DNA of 49,225 nucleotides from a virus, in the IMG/VR virus record IMGVR_UViG_3300018405_000004; one strand, written 5' to 3'. Every line of letters begins with the position of its first letter. Within the stretch, counting starts at the first letter, position 1. Under the pieces are notes generated by a model. That model did no database searches. It was given only the letters and a program-made list of their open reading frames with translations, and was not told the origin of the DNA. The position numbers were made by a program, and so were the translations under genes. Positions 33,676 through 42,154 of this stretch are shown one piece after another.

Positions 33676-33967
33676 AACGTAGAGCATCATCTAACTTATT
33701 GTAATCGCATGAATTTAATCCGCGTTCGCTCCGTGGTTGTGTCATTGCGTGTCGTTGCAATACATATCGAATCTTCCTGGCGCATCATTGCATGCCACAA
33801 TTACGACACATAGAACGCAAAGCCATGCACAACTGCAACGCTTTGCGCATCTATCTCAATTGATCGCCACAACCGATCGATGCGCATAATTCGATCGTTA
33901 TTACCCATGAGCAAATTACGGACAATAAGCGGATGATGTTTGTCCATTCATTTTGCGCGGGTAAGTT

Positions 33968-34060
33968 ATGTGGTGGGTTATCGGCATCCTTGCCGTCATC
34001 GTCCTTCTGGTCGTGCTTATCGTCAGGTCGCATCTGCAGGACATTGATGATGACTATTAG
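33968..34060 (+). CDS. Candidate 30-aa single-TM peptide
   Basis: MWWVIGILAVIVLLVVLIVRSHLQDIDDDY. Its stop overlaps the tailspike stop convergently. Adjacent to attP. Confidence 0.35.
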   Translation: MWWVIGILAVIVLLVVLIVRSHLQDIDDDY

Positions 34061-36099
34061 CCGTAAGTAGTCTCAACGCTTTGTGTGATGTAGTAAGCCA
34101 CCCAGTTGCCCGACTCATTAAATCTGTAAGCGCCATTCAGGCGAATCGCACCGATGTTGTTAAATGTGCTGACTGTTGTTCCACCAATACCATTTTTAAC
34201 CAGTAATGTTGGGTTAGCAGATGAAGACCCGGCTATCTTTATGTAAACAATATCACCAGCAACGGCGGCCACTTTGTCCAGTTCAATTGAATAGGTGAAG
34301 GCGGCTGAGCCAGCACCCATGATGATGTAGTACCTGGATGGGTCAAGCCTGGGTTTTACTGTAAGAGTTCCGGCTGCTGATACAGTGTTGTCGAGGAAGG
34401 TCCTCACCTGGAGACTGGTATCTTGTGGAAATCTCGCTCTTACCCGATTGAACGTGGTATCCATAACTGCGTAAAGGGGGCGAATACTGTTTCTGTAGGA
34501 CCTGACCAGAACATCACTGCCGTGAAAGTCGTTGCTTGCTGAGCCGGAAAGTGAGTGAATAGCCTCTACCAGATTGATCGTACCAGTCCCAACGTAACAG
34601 TCAGGGCTATCAACAACGTAATCCACAAACTGGGTATTTTGCGCGAAATACGAATTCAAACGGAAAGTGCTGTTTGTTGCATTCACAACTGACAGCGCAT
34701 TTGTGGTTGCGTTGCCGACGATTGCGTGAATCGAGTTAATCGTGACCGACGGACAATCTACCAGCAACACCGCATCATAGGGTACGTCTGTTGCAAATCC
34801 GTCACCTTTGTACACCTCGATGTTGCCTATTTGCAGCGATGGGCGGTTCCTGGCTCGCACGCCATTCTGTTTAACGTTGACGTGAACGTTATCGATGAAT
34901 CCACCCGTTTCGCTGGCTGAGTTGGTTAGGTCAATCCCGACAAACCCTCCCAAGCCTTCGCTGTCCTTGATAACAAAGCCTTCGACACCGTCACTTGGTT
35001 CTACGAACTTCCACCAGTTGTTAACGTTGAATCTGACGTCTACGCCTACGTTACCTCGAACAGACTTCATCTTAACGGCCACACACTGGAATTGCGTACC
35101 TTCAACCTGCTGCACGTTATAGTTTCCGTATCCCGTTACATGCACAGAACCGCCAAAGGCGTCGCCAATCAATATGCCGTTCACCCACGCATACTGCAGC
35201 ACTGTCAGGTCATCACGCCCCTGTTGCGGACCGAAATGCGCGTCTAATTTGAACTTGGCCCGGTGTGCAGTGAACATCTCCTCCCTGAGTGGCGTAAGAA
35301 TCCCGTATCGACCATTTCCATTTTCCAGGCGAATCATGAATTTTTCTATGTCGGTTTCGCCCTGGGAATAACTGGAAGACGGGTAGCTAACGGCCAGACC
35401 TACGGTCGACGCTGAGTCGGCATCCTTTACGCATAATTGGGTTTCCGTCCCGGCTGTATAAATTTTCACGCCGTAGGGAACGGTAACGCACGCTGTCAGT
35501 GCGGTGTCCCCCGTCTGGTAGCTAGCCATATCCAGCGAAACGCCATTAGCGGGAGTTACCAGATATTTACCTGGCGGCCAGTATAGAGATTTAGCACCGC
35601 AATTAGCCCAGCGGTTTATGGCGATGGTGTCATCTTCAATGCCATCTCCCTTTGCTCCGAAGTGGTAAGGGGTAAGGAGATAGGTGTTGTGCTGATGCTG
35701 GGTGATAAGAACCGATCCAGGGTATGGCTCCTTTACTGCTATCAGGTAGTCACCCTCTCCCTCATTTGCACTGGATAGCCTTTTATATACCCCATCAATT
35801 CCAACCTCAACAGCAGCATTGGCCGCGCTTGCTGCATTGGCCGCGCTTTCCTCTGCCTCAGATGCTTTCTCTGATGCAGTTATTGAGAATGACTGCGCAC
35901 TGGCAGAGGCGTTTTCAGCTGATGATACATATTCTGATGCTGTATTTGCCGAAGATGCCGCAGCGACTGCTGCCTCTTTTGCGTCATTGGCATATTCAGG
36001 AGCCTTGCGAGCCTCCTCGGTATATAACTCGGCCTGAGCAGCAGCGACTTCAGCAATTGATGCATAGCGCTTTGCGGAAGAAGTGTCTGAAATAGACAT
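34057..36099 (-). CDS. Tailspike / depolymerase (right-handed beta-helix, pectate-lyase-3-like)
   Basis: 680 aa. Ala/Ser-rich helical N-terminus, then YHFGAKGDGIEDDTIAINRWAN, typical of beta-helix tailspikes. Confidence 0.7.
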   Translation of the reverse strand: MSISDTSSAKRYASIAEVAAAQAELYTEEARKAPEYANDAKEAAVAAASSANTASEYVSSAENASASAQSFSITASEKASEAEESAANAASAANAAVEVGIDGVYKRLSSANEGEGDYLIAVKEPYPGSVLITQHQHNTYLLTPYHFGAKGDGIEDDTIAINRWANCGAKSLYWPPGKYLVTPANGVSLDMASYQTGDTALTACVTVPYGVKIYTAGTETQLCVKDADSASTVGLAVSYPSSSYSQGETDIEKFMIRLENGNGRYGILTPLREEMFTAHRAKFKLDAHFGPQQGRDDLTVLQYAWVNGILIGDAFGGSVHVTGYGNYNVQQVEGTQFQCVAVKMKSVRGNVGVDVRFNVNNWWKFVEPSDGVEGFVIKDSEGLGGFVGIDLTNSASETGGFIDNVHVNVKQNGVRARNRPSLQIGNIEVYKGDGFATDVPYDAVLLVDCPSVTINSIHAIVGNATTNALSVVNATNSTFRLNSYFAQNTQFVDYVVDSPDCYVGTGTINLVEAIHSLSGSASNDFHGSDVLVRSYRNSIRPLYAVMDTTFNRVRARFPQDTSLQVRTFLDNTVSAAGTLTVKPRLDPSRYYIIMGAGSAAFTYSIELDKVAAVAGDIVYIKIAGSSSANPTLLVKNGIGGTTVSTFNNIGAIRLNGAYRFNESGNWVAYYITQSVETTYG

Positions 36100-36201
36100 A
36101 TTTATGTCGCCTTTATCAAATGATGAAAAAAGCCCACGACAAAATCACGAAATTAATCGTGTTCATGGGGAGTTAAAATTTGATGTGTATTTAATTAGAT
36201 A

Positions 36202-37542
36202 TCAGGAATATTCCCAGACAATAACAACACCAGGAGCGCCATTGCCTCCATTTCTCGTTGTTGTGTTTGTTATTGTTGTTAAAGCACCACCACCACCTGA
36301 GCCATATCCACGCCCGTCACTACCGGCACCATTTGTGTTACCCCACCCACCATTACCAAGTAATGTATTTGCTCCATTGCCACCATTACCACTCTGCCCA
36401 TTATTCATGTAGCCAGGGGCACCAAATCCCCCACCAACGGATAATATGTATCCAACTGAAATAGTTGGTTGGTCACCACCAAAACCACCACCAGCAGCGT
36501 TACCAGCATTGGATGCTATACCAGTAAACCCTCCAGCGCCGCCAGGGCAGGAAATTATCTGCCCAAATGAGGTTAAACCTCCGGTCCCACCTTGACCTGT
36601 AATGCCTCCAGCGCCACCGGACCCAATCGTCACTGCATACGATGACAATGGGTTTTCAATTAGCACCTTTGCATACGAACCCGCGCCGCCGCCGCCAGCA
36701 ACGGAGTTTGATGTTGATGAGCCAGCAGGAGCACCACCACCACCACCACCTGCCCCAATAACCTCAACAACAATTTTTCGTGCGCCAGGTGAACGGTTAT
36801 AATTCCCGTTTGAATTAAATGTTTGCACTGACAAGAGTCTGCCTGGATATCCCAGCAATGCTGAATCCTGGGTAATGTTTATCCCGTCGCCAAAAATATT
36901 TACCGTCAGCCCTGATGGCAAAGTCACACCAGTTCCGCTGGCTGTCTTTATGGTTGCCGAATAATTACCAGTGCATGCGTTCACCACGGTCCATGATTTT
37001 ATCCATGCCGGGAGAATTACGTTTATATTTGCGGTTAGAGCCCCTGAAAGGACTATTCTGTCCTTGGCTGCCTGTAGAGTTGTTAGCGTGACGCTAGTTG
37101 CTGACAAACCGGGAATGCTTGTAATTCCATAATCGCCTGACGGCACCCACCCTGTCAGGGTTGATGACCCCACTTCCGGCGTGGATGTATTTCCGTCTGT
37201 TGTGTTGAGCCAAAAACCAGTCAGAGCTGAATTTGGTACTCTGGCACCTTTGGGATAACCGCTGATTGCAGTGGAGAAATCAGCATTGAACGGGTATGCC
37301 ATTCCTGAGTCTTGCCATTGCTGTTTCAGGCTGACGGAATAGAGGATGCCGTTAAAATCTCTTCCTCCTGGCGGGATGCCACCTGCGCTCAAGGCAATCA
37401 TGGTAATCGGCGGAAAACCGGAATCCATTGTTGCCTGACCGTTATTCAACGTTGTCGTGCTTGAGTCGACGGGGATAGTGTTTTTGTTGCCGTTAACGCC
37501 AAACGCTTTCGTTGTGCGCCCAGGAATATCGCTTGAGTTCAT
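36202..37542 (-). CDS. Tail fibre with a glycine-rich C-terminal domain
   Basis: N-terminus GFPPITMIALSAGGIPPGGRDFNGILY..GYPKGA is typical of P2/Mu-type fibres. The C-terminal ~190 aa consist of GGxGG repeats. Confidence 0.7.
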   Translation of the reverse strand: MNSSDIPGRTTKAFGVNGNKNTIPVDSSTTTLNNGQATMDSGFPPITMIALSAGGIPPGGRDFNGILYSVSLKQQWQDSGMAYPFNADFSTAISGYPKGARVPNSALTGFWLNTTDGNTSTPEVGSSTLTGWVPSGDYGITSIPGLSATSVTLTTLQAAKDRIVLSGALTANINVILPAWIKSWTVVNACTGNYSATIKTASGTGVTLPSGLTVNIFGDGINITQDSALLGYPGRLLSVQTFNSNGNYNRSPGARKIVVEVIGAGGGGGGAPAGSSTSNSVAGGGGAGSYAKVLIENPLSSYAVTIGSGGAGGITGQGGTGGLTSFGQIISCPGGAGGFTGIASNAGNAAGGGFGGDQPTISVGYILSVGGGFGAPGYMNNGQSGNGGNGANTLLGNGGWGNTNGAGSDGRGYGSGGGGALTTITNTTTRNGGNGAPGVVIVWEYS

Positions 37543-37545
37543 ATT

Positions 37546-38133
37546 TTAGCTCTGCTGTACGATGTTAACAGTCACGCCGACCGGGGCCGGCAGCGCACCA
37601 GAGCTTTGAACGATCGCCAGCTCTGCTGTTGAAAGGGGGAATTCGAAAACGTAACTCATCACCATGCCACCATCATTCCTGACATAGCATTTACCGCTGT
37701 CGCCGAACATAAACATCAGGAGTTTATTCAGGTTTGGGATGGTGCAGTCTGATATGTTTGCCGCTGCCTTCATCATTATCAGCTTGCGGTATATGTCGTT
37801 TGAAAGCGTTACAGTGGAGGTTGAAGATTCGCCATTATAAAAAGGTGCCTGGTCAAATGGCTGTGGATCGTCAACCACCGGTGGCGTTGACAGAGCTTCT
37901 TCAAATCCCAGATAAACTTTATTTTCAGTAACAGTAAGCAGCCTGCTGACAACGACTATCTTTCCCCACACATTTAGGCCGTATGTTCCTGCAGTCTGGA
38001 TGTTCCAGATTAGGTCGTAGAAGTCATCAAGAAATTCTTCCACGCCTACAGCTTCGTTGAATGAATAAATCAGGGATTTTAATTTAGAGCTGTCTGCATA
38101 CTGCATAAGGATGGTATCCGCAGCATTTATCAT
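37546..38133 (-). CDS. Baseplate/tail protein (P2 gpI / DUF2612-like)
   Basis: 195 aa, downstream of the baseplate J-like gene with an overlapping stop/start. Confidence 0.5.
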   Translation of the reverse strand: MINAADTILMQYADSSKLKSLIYSFNEAVGVEEFLDDFYDLIWNIQTAGTYGLNVWGKIVVVSRLLTVTENKVYLGFEEALSTPPVVDDPQPFDQAPFYNGESSTSTVTLSNDIYRKLIMMKAAANISDCTIPNLNKLLMFMFGDSGKCYVRNDGGMVMSYVFEFPLSTAELAIVQSSGALPAPVGVTVNIVQQS

Positions 38134-39362
38134 GTCAGGCTCACCGAAATGTTGGATGCGTCGAGGGTAGGTATTTCATCAATTCCGAAGGAAGTTGATG
38201 TCTGGTGTGTCGTACCATCCCGGCTCAGTGTTATGCTGAAAATATCAACGTTTTCTGAATCGATGTCCTGCACCCCTGAGTAATAACGCCCGGCGAAAAT
38301 CTTCGATCCTATCCGCGCACGAGTTCCGCCATCCTCGCCATTAAACGAGCTGATAATGGCTGACTGTGTCAGGGATACTATATTGCTCGGCAGTGAGTTA
38401 TTGGCTGCTAATTCTACCTTCACGTAAACGCTGACAGGAGTAGGGGTTTGCCACTTTATTTCGTACTCTGGATATGGCTGAACATAGTTTACGTCATCTA
38501 CCACCGTGTAAGTGGTGTTGCCCATCATCGGCGGACCAGGTGGTAACTTCTGGAATATCGCGTTTGCGATATCCTCTGCTGAGCCACCATAGACAGCTAC
38601 GTAAAGCGCATGTGCATCAATGGTGAAATCGGTGAATCCCTTATCTACAGCAGCTCCGGTATTGTTCTGCGTCACATAGGCGTCGGTCACACCCTCGACA
38701 GCCAGCACGTTAGCGTATATTGAACCAAGCTGATTATTTGCGTTACCAGCGACCGACTGTTTGCGGCGGTATTCAAAATTTGCGCGGCTCTCAACATCAT
38801 TTCCTAGCACACCCGCAGCCGCATTGCTGATGCCAGACCAGCCAGATATAGCACGGTATATTGTGTTTAAAGCGCCGATTGGGCATGCAATAGGTCCGGT
38901 GTCCTGATTCTGAAATACCACATCGACTGAACCTGAGGACGGGATTACAGCATCAGCCAGTGAGTAATAGAGATATCCGCTGGAGTCCTGAGCAATGCTG
39001 TTGGCCGGAATAGCGGTGCCCACTAAGCCGGTACAAGTGGCCGTTACTGTCGTGCCAATTGCGGCAATCCTGTCGATGAAGTAAATCTGCCCGATTGCGT
39101 CCTGCATGCGCCCGGAGGAGAAGTCAGGGTTAATCTGATTAACGAGCCACGCCAGGCTATCGTTTTTATCTCCAATAATCGCCGTATCACTCATGGCGAT
39201 CTGCCCTTGTGGCGTAGTGAGACTTTTACTCATCCCCCCGCCCATTGCTGTATCAAGGTCGGTAAGACGACCGTTCAGAATGTCGATTTCATCAGGGATG
39301 GCAACGCCTGTATCGGAAAAGGTTACTGAGGGCACCGCAGTGCTTACTGTTACTTCTGACAT
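38130..39362 (-). CDS. Baseplate J-like protein
   Basis: 410 aa. Size and position typical of P2 gpJ / Mu gp47. Confidence 0.6.
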   Translation of the reverse strand: MSEVTVSTAVPSVTFSDTGVAIPDEIDILNGRLTDLDTAMGGGMSKSLTTPQGQIAMSDTAIIGDKNDSLAWLVNQINPDFSSGRMQDAIGQIYFIDRIAAIGTTVTATCTGLVGTAIPANSIAQDSSGYLYYSLADAVIPSSGSVDVVFQNQDTGPIACPIGALNTIYRAISGWSGISNAAAGVLGNDVESRANFEYRRKQSVAGNANNQLGSIYANVLAVEGVTDAYVTQNNTGAAVDKGFTDFTIDAHALYVAVYGGSAEDIANAIFQKLPPGPPMMGNTTYTVVDDVNYVQPYPEYEIKWQTPTPVSVYVKVELAANNSLPSNIVSLTQSAIISSFNGEDGGTRARIGSKIFAGRYYSGVQDIDSENVDIFSITLSRDGTTHQTSTSFGIDEIPTLDASNISVSLT

Positions 39363-39369
39363 GATTACC

Positions 39370-39729
39370 TCAGAACTGGATGGTTGTTGTGTCGTTGTTG
39401 GTGTCCGTCAATGTCATCACGCCAGCAGCTGACCTTGTTCCTCTCGGAATGGTAACGGTACAGTAGGCTGACTGGACGTAAGGAAGCTTCATGGCTTCTG
39501 ATGCCATTTTGGTATTGATTAGCTGAGTGCCAGGCCAATGACCCAGGATGCGCTCGTAATACGGAATGCCCAACGTGGTGTCGTACCATGTCTCGCCCAG
39601 GAAAGTTGAGCAGGCGCTGGCGGCATCCTGAGCTACGGCGTAAGGGTTTGCCGTGATGGCAATACTCCCGGTGTCATCAAGGGAGATGTCCCATTTATCC
39701 GTATCGAGAAGAAAGCTTTTGGTGAGCAT
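39370..39729 (-). CDS. Baseplate wedge protein (gp25/W-like)
   Basis: GGAGAAAAG SD before the ATG at 39729. 119 aa. AQDAASACSTFLGE..YD...G pattern. Confidence 0.5.
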   Translation of the reverse strand: MLTKSFLLDTDKWDISLDDTGSIAITANPYAVAQDAASACSTFLGETWYDTTLGIPYYERILGHWPGTQLINTKMASEAMKLPYVQSAYCTVTIPRGTRSAAGVMTLTDTNNDTTTIQF

Positions 39730-39743
39730 CTTTTCTCCAGGCA

Positions 39744-39766
39744 ATAAAAAACCCGCCGAAGCGGGT
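39744..39766 (-). terminator. Intrinsic terminator after ant
   Basis: On the minus strand: CCCGC-TTCG-GCGGG followed by TTTTTTATT. A 7-bp-arm palindrome TTTCTTC-A-GAAGAAA lies at 39784-39798. Confidence 0.8.
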
Positions 39767-39826
39767 TGGTTATATGATTGAATTTTCTTCAGAAGAAATT
39801 TTTGTCCTCTGGTGATTAAGTGTCTT

Positions 39827-40702
39827 TTACCTGAGGCTCATCTGAGCGCGGTCTATCTTGTGGCGAATCATCTCCAGGTGATGTTGCAGCGATTGAAGCT
39901 GAAACAATGCAGCGTCAACCTCGTAACCCATTTGGCGCATCTCATTGAGCATCCGTCCCAGCGGGTTAGGGTTATCGCCGTTCGGTGTAAGCATGTTGGC
40001 CGGATAACGCCACGGTGCGCTAAGGGAGTGGTCATCAATGCCGCGCATCCAGCGGTACTGGTCGAAATAAGCCATTGAGTAGGAGATTGGCAGCGCCATT
40101 TGCTTATTGGCTTTGCCCAGGAATTCTCCCTCAATGGCATTGAGGTATTCCACCGCCTCGAAAATCTGCTCCGGGCGCAACTGGTGAATATGCTCAATCT
40201 CAAACTTCTGATGTACGAGCTTCCATATGTCAGGGTAAATCTTTCCTAAGCCGGTAGTGATGAGGCGTTCGGCAGTCTGACGAAGTGGGGTAAGTTGGGT
40301 GGCTGATGACAGGCGCGTTTTACGTGGATTAACGACCTCGCCTTTCGTCCAGTATTGATAAAGTACGTCATCGCATTCATCCTGGTAGCGGGCCACTTTC
40401 TCCCTAAGCTCCAGGCGAACCTTTCCAACATTGATTGTGTGCAGCCATCCGGCCAACTTCCTAAGCGGAAGACAAACCACTTCGCGACGCTGACTGTCAC
40501 CCGGAAGCTGCGTTGTGATAATCGCAACGGAGGTATTAAACCGGTTTTTAATCTTGGTAAATTGCGATGCCCAATCTAAACCCATCCCCTCTACTATTGG
40601 GCGCATTGGTGCTTGTGGCTACCCGTTGTGGCTAACTAAAAACAGGGTTGCACCGTGAAACGGTACATTGATAGTGCGATCTGCGATTGCTATACTGTTC
40701 AT
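39827..40702 (-). pseudogene. ant: Antirepressor Ant (P22_AR_N plus C-terminal domain) interrupted by an in-frame amber codon at codon 28
   Basis: Reading from the ATG at 40702 gives MNSIAIADRTINVPFHGATLFLVSHNG-TAG(40619-40621)-PQAPMRPIVEGMGLDW.... The MNSIAI start and PIVEGMGLDW match P22 Ant. The track ORF begins only at Met 40606. Confidence 0.75.
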
Positions 40703-40772
40703 GTTGGTTATTCCTTCTACGGGTCACTAACACGAAGCCCTGACTGCTGATACAGACGGGGCTTCAACTTTT
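40703..40772 (+). ncRNA. sar-like antisense RNA candidate covering the ant ribosome-binding site
   Basis: Plus-strand promoter TTGATA (40668-73), 17 bp spacer, TATACT (40691-96). Terminator hairpin GAAGCCC(40734-40)...GGGCTTC(40759-65) followed by AACTTTTAT. Predicted length about 70 nt. Confidence 0.5.
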
Positions 40773-40917
40773 ATGAACACTTCACGCCTTCCCTTGCTGC
40801 TGACTCCTTTAACCTGCGAATCACCTCATTGCTGAATGAGCGGTCATCTTTTTTTGCGCACTCTTCGAGATGTTTTTCCAGCCACTCTGGCATTCGCAAT
40901 GTTTTTACCTTGCTCAT
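40771..40917 (-). CDS. arc: Arc-like ribbon-helix-helix repressor (48 aa)
   Basis: ORF below the track cutoff: MSKVKTLRMPEWLEKHLEECAKKDDRSFSNEVIRRLKES. Lies upstream of ant and divergent from mnt. Confidence 0.7.
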   Translation of the reverse strand: MSKVKTLRMPEWLEKHLEECAKKDDRSFSNEVIRRLKESAAREGVKCS

Positions 40918-40941
40918 GCTACTCCCCCTCTTTTTGTATGT

Positions 40942-40981
40942 GGTACGCATACATAGTATTTAGGTACGCATTGATAGTCAA
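40942..40981. promoter_or_regulatory. Pant promoter plus operator repeats in the mnt-arc intergenic region
   Basis: On the minus strand: TTGACT (40976-81), 17 bp spacer, TACTAT (40953-58). GGTACGCAT direct repeats at 40942-50 and 40963-71 (21-bp period). GTATG-N7-CATAC inverted repeat. Confidence 0.55.
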
Positions 40982-41022
40982 TAGTTACCCACTTACTCTA
41001 TGTAAATAAAAAAGGAGTGAGT

Positions 41023-41271
41023 ATGGCTGAGCGTGCTTACAGACATCCACAGGTCAATCTGCGGCTGCCCGATGAGTTAAAGGAAAAGATAACCGAACTG
41101 GCTGATGCTAACGGACGTTCTGCTAATGCGGAAATGGTTGCCGCCATTGACGCATGGGTCAAAAAAAATGCACATATTAGAGCGTTAGATCTCGTTACGG
41201 TTGCTGAGCGCCTGATAAAGCTGGAAGAAGAGATGGCTGCTCTCAAAATCCTGTATGGCAAGGACAAATAA
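41023..41271 (+). CDS. mnt: Mnt-like ribbon-helix-helix repressor (82 aa)
   Basis: AAGGAG SD. VNLRLPDELKEKITELADANGRSANAEMV parallels P22 Mnt/Arc. C-terminal coiled coil. Confidence 0.7.
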   Translation: MAERAYRHPQVNLRLPDELKEKITELADANGRSANAEMVAAIDAWVKKNAHIRALDLVTVAERLIKLEEEMAALKILYGKDK

Positions 41272-41726
41272 TGTTTAGCCTTAGCAAGCAAGAGTGCGAG
41301 ATCATTAAAAGCATATTTAATACCGCAAAAGAAAACGATCTTCTGATTATAAAAAGAGCTATCAATGAAGTAAAAAACTGCAATGGCCTGTATCAACTCG
41401 TCATAAAAGCAGGTTCCGACCTGAATAAATCCAAGCTCTGTATCATTGAAAAAACCGGGCTTGGGGATAAGCTTTCTGGGCAACTCTCAATGATACTGTG
41501 GTTCCTCGTTAAGCCTAAGATTGAAAGACAGAAAAGGTTAAAATTTGGAATCACTGAGGCCATTTGGGTGTATGAAGATTTTCTATGTAAGCACCCAGGC
41601 CACTTTTTCCTAAACGGCAAGAAGTATCAGATCAAAAAAGGTATAAAAACAGGATTATTCAAACGCATACATCCGGGTCAACTAGTTGGGTGCGGGTGCA
41701 TGTCAAGAGTGGCGACTCCTTTTTAG
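41271..41726 (+). CDS. 151-aa protein whose C-terminus is a paralogue of the MuF head-morphogenesis domain
   Basis: The ATG overlaps the mnt stop (TAATG). GITEAIWVYED..NGKKYQIKKG..HPGQLVGCGC aligns with [30 protein letters not shown] of the MuF protein at 5797..6639. AT-rich. Confidence 0.65.
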   Translation: MFSLSKQECEIIKSIFNTAKENDLLIIKRAINEVKNCNGLYQLVIKAGSDLNKSKLCIIEKTGLGDKLSGQLSMILWFLVKPKIERQKRLKFGITEAIWVYEDFLCKHPGHFFLNGKKYQIKKGIKTGLFKRIHPGQLVGCGCMSRVATPF

Positions 41727-41730
41727 ACGA

Positions 41731-41754
41731 AAAACCCACCTGATGGTGGGTTGA
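41731..41754. terminator. Bidirectional hairpin terminator
   Basis: AAAA-CCCACC-TGAT-GGTGGG-TTGACTT. On the minus strand it is followed by TTTTCG. Confidence 0.7.
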
Positions 41755-41755
41755 C

Positions 41756-42154
41756 TTACATCCCCAATGAGTAGCTAATTTCCATTAGCGAAGCGTATCC
41801 ACCGCTTCCGCATACAGAGAAACTTATCCAGTATTTTTGCCCCTCATGGATCATTCCACGAATATCTTCATATTGCGGCTTCGATAGTTGGTCAAAATTT
41901 GTTGGCATTGCAAACACCTGACCATCACCTCTCGAGAACTGAATTAGCTTTATGGTATTGCCACTATCTGAGTATTGAAATGTTTTCGCCTTGAAGAGGC
42001 CTGAATGACCTTCACAACCCTCCAACACCTCATCAAGGTTCTTTATTCCCGCAGTCATTGTCACCTGGTCTTTATAAACCACTGGCTCTGGGGATGAAAG
42101 CGCAAGAAAAGGAACAAGCACAACTGTCGCAGCAAGAAATTTAACCTTCATCAC
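41756..42154 (-). CDS. Secreted (signal-peptide) protein of 132 aa, moron at the end of the spike operon segment
   Basis: MMKVKFLAATVVLVPFLALSS signal peptide with no lipobox Cys. AT-rich. ATGA overlap with the spike gene. Confidence 0.6.
   Translation of the reverse strand: MMKVKFLAATVVLVPFLALSSPEPVVYKDQVTMTAGIKNLDEVLEGCEGHSGLFKAKTFQYSDSGNTIKLIQFSRGDGQVFAMPTNFDQLSKPQYEDIRGMIHEGQKYWISFSVCGSGGYASLMEISYSLGM

Noticed and set aside
36258-36802. Plus-strand His/Pro-rich ORFs opposite the Gly-rich fibre domain
   Set aside because: They are complementary-strand artefacts of the GGN codon runs.
41023-41726. Reading the RHH gene plus the 151-aa gene purely as a type II toxin-antitoxin pair
   Set aside because: This is not excluded. 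The divergent Arc-like gene, the Ant gene and the sar-like element make Mnt identity the more economical reading. The TA idea is kept as an alternative in the finding.
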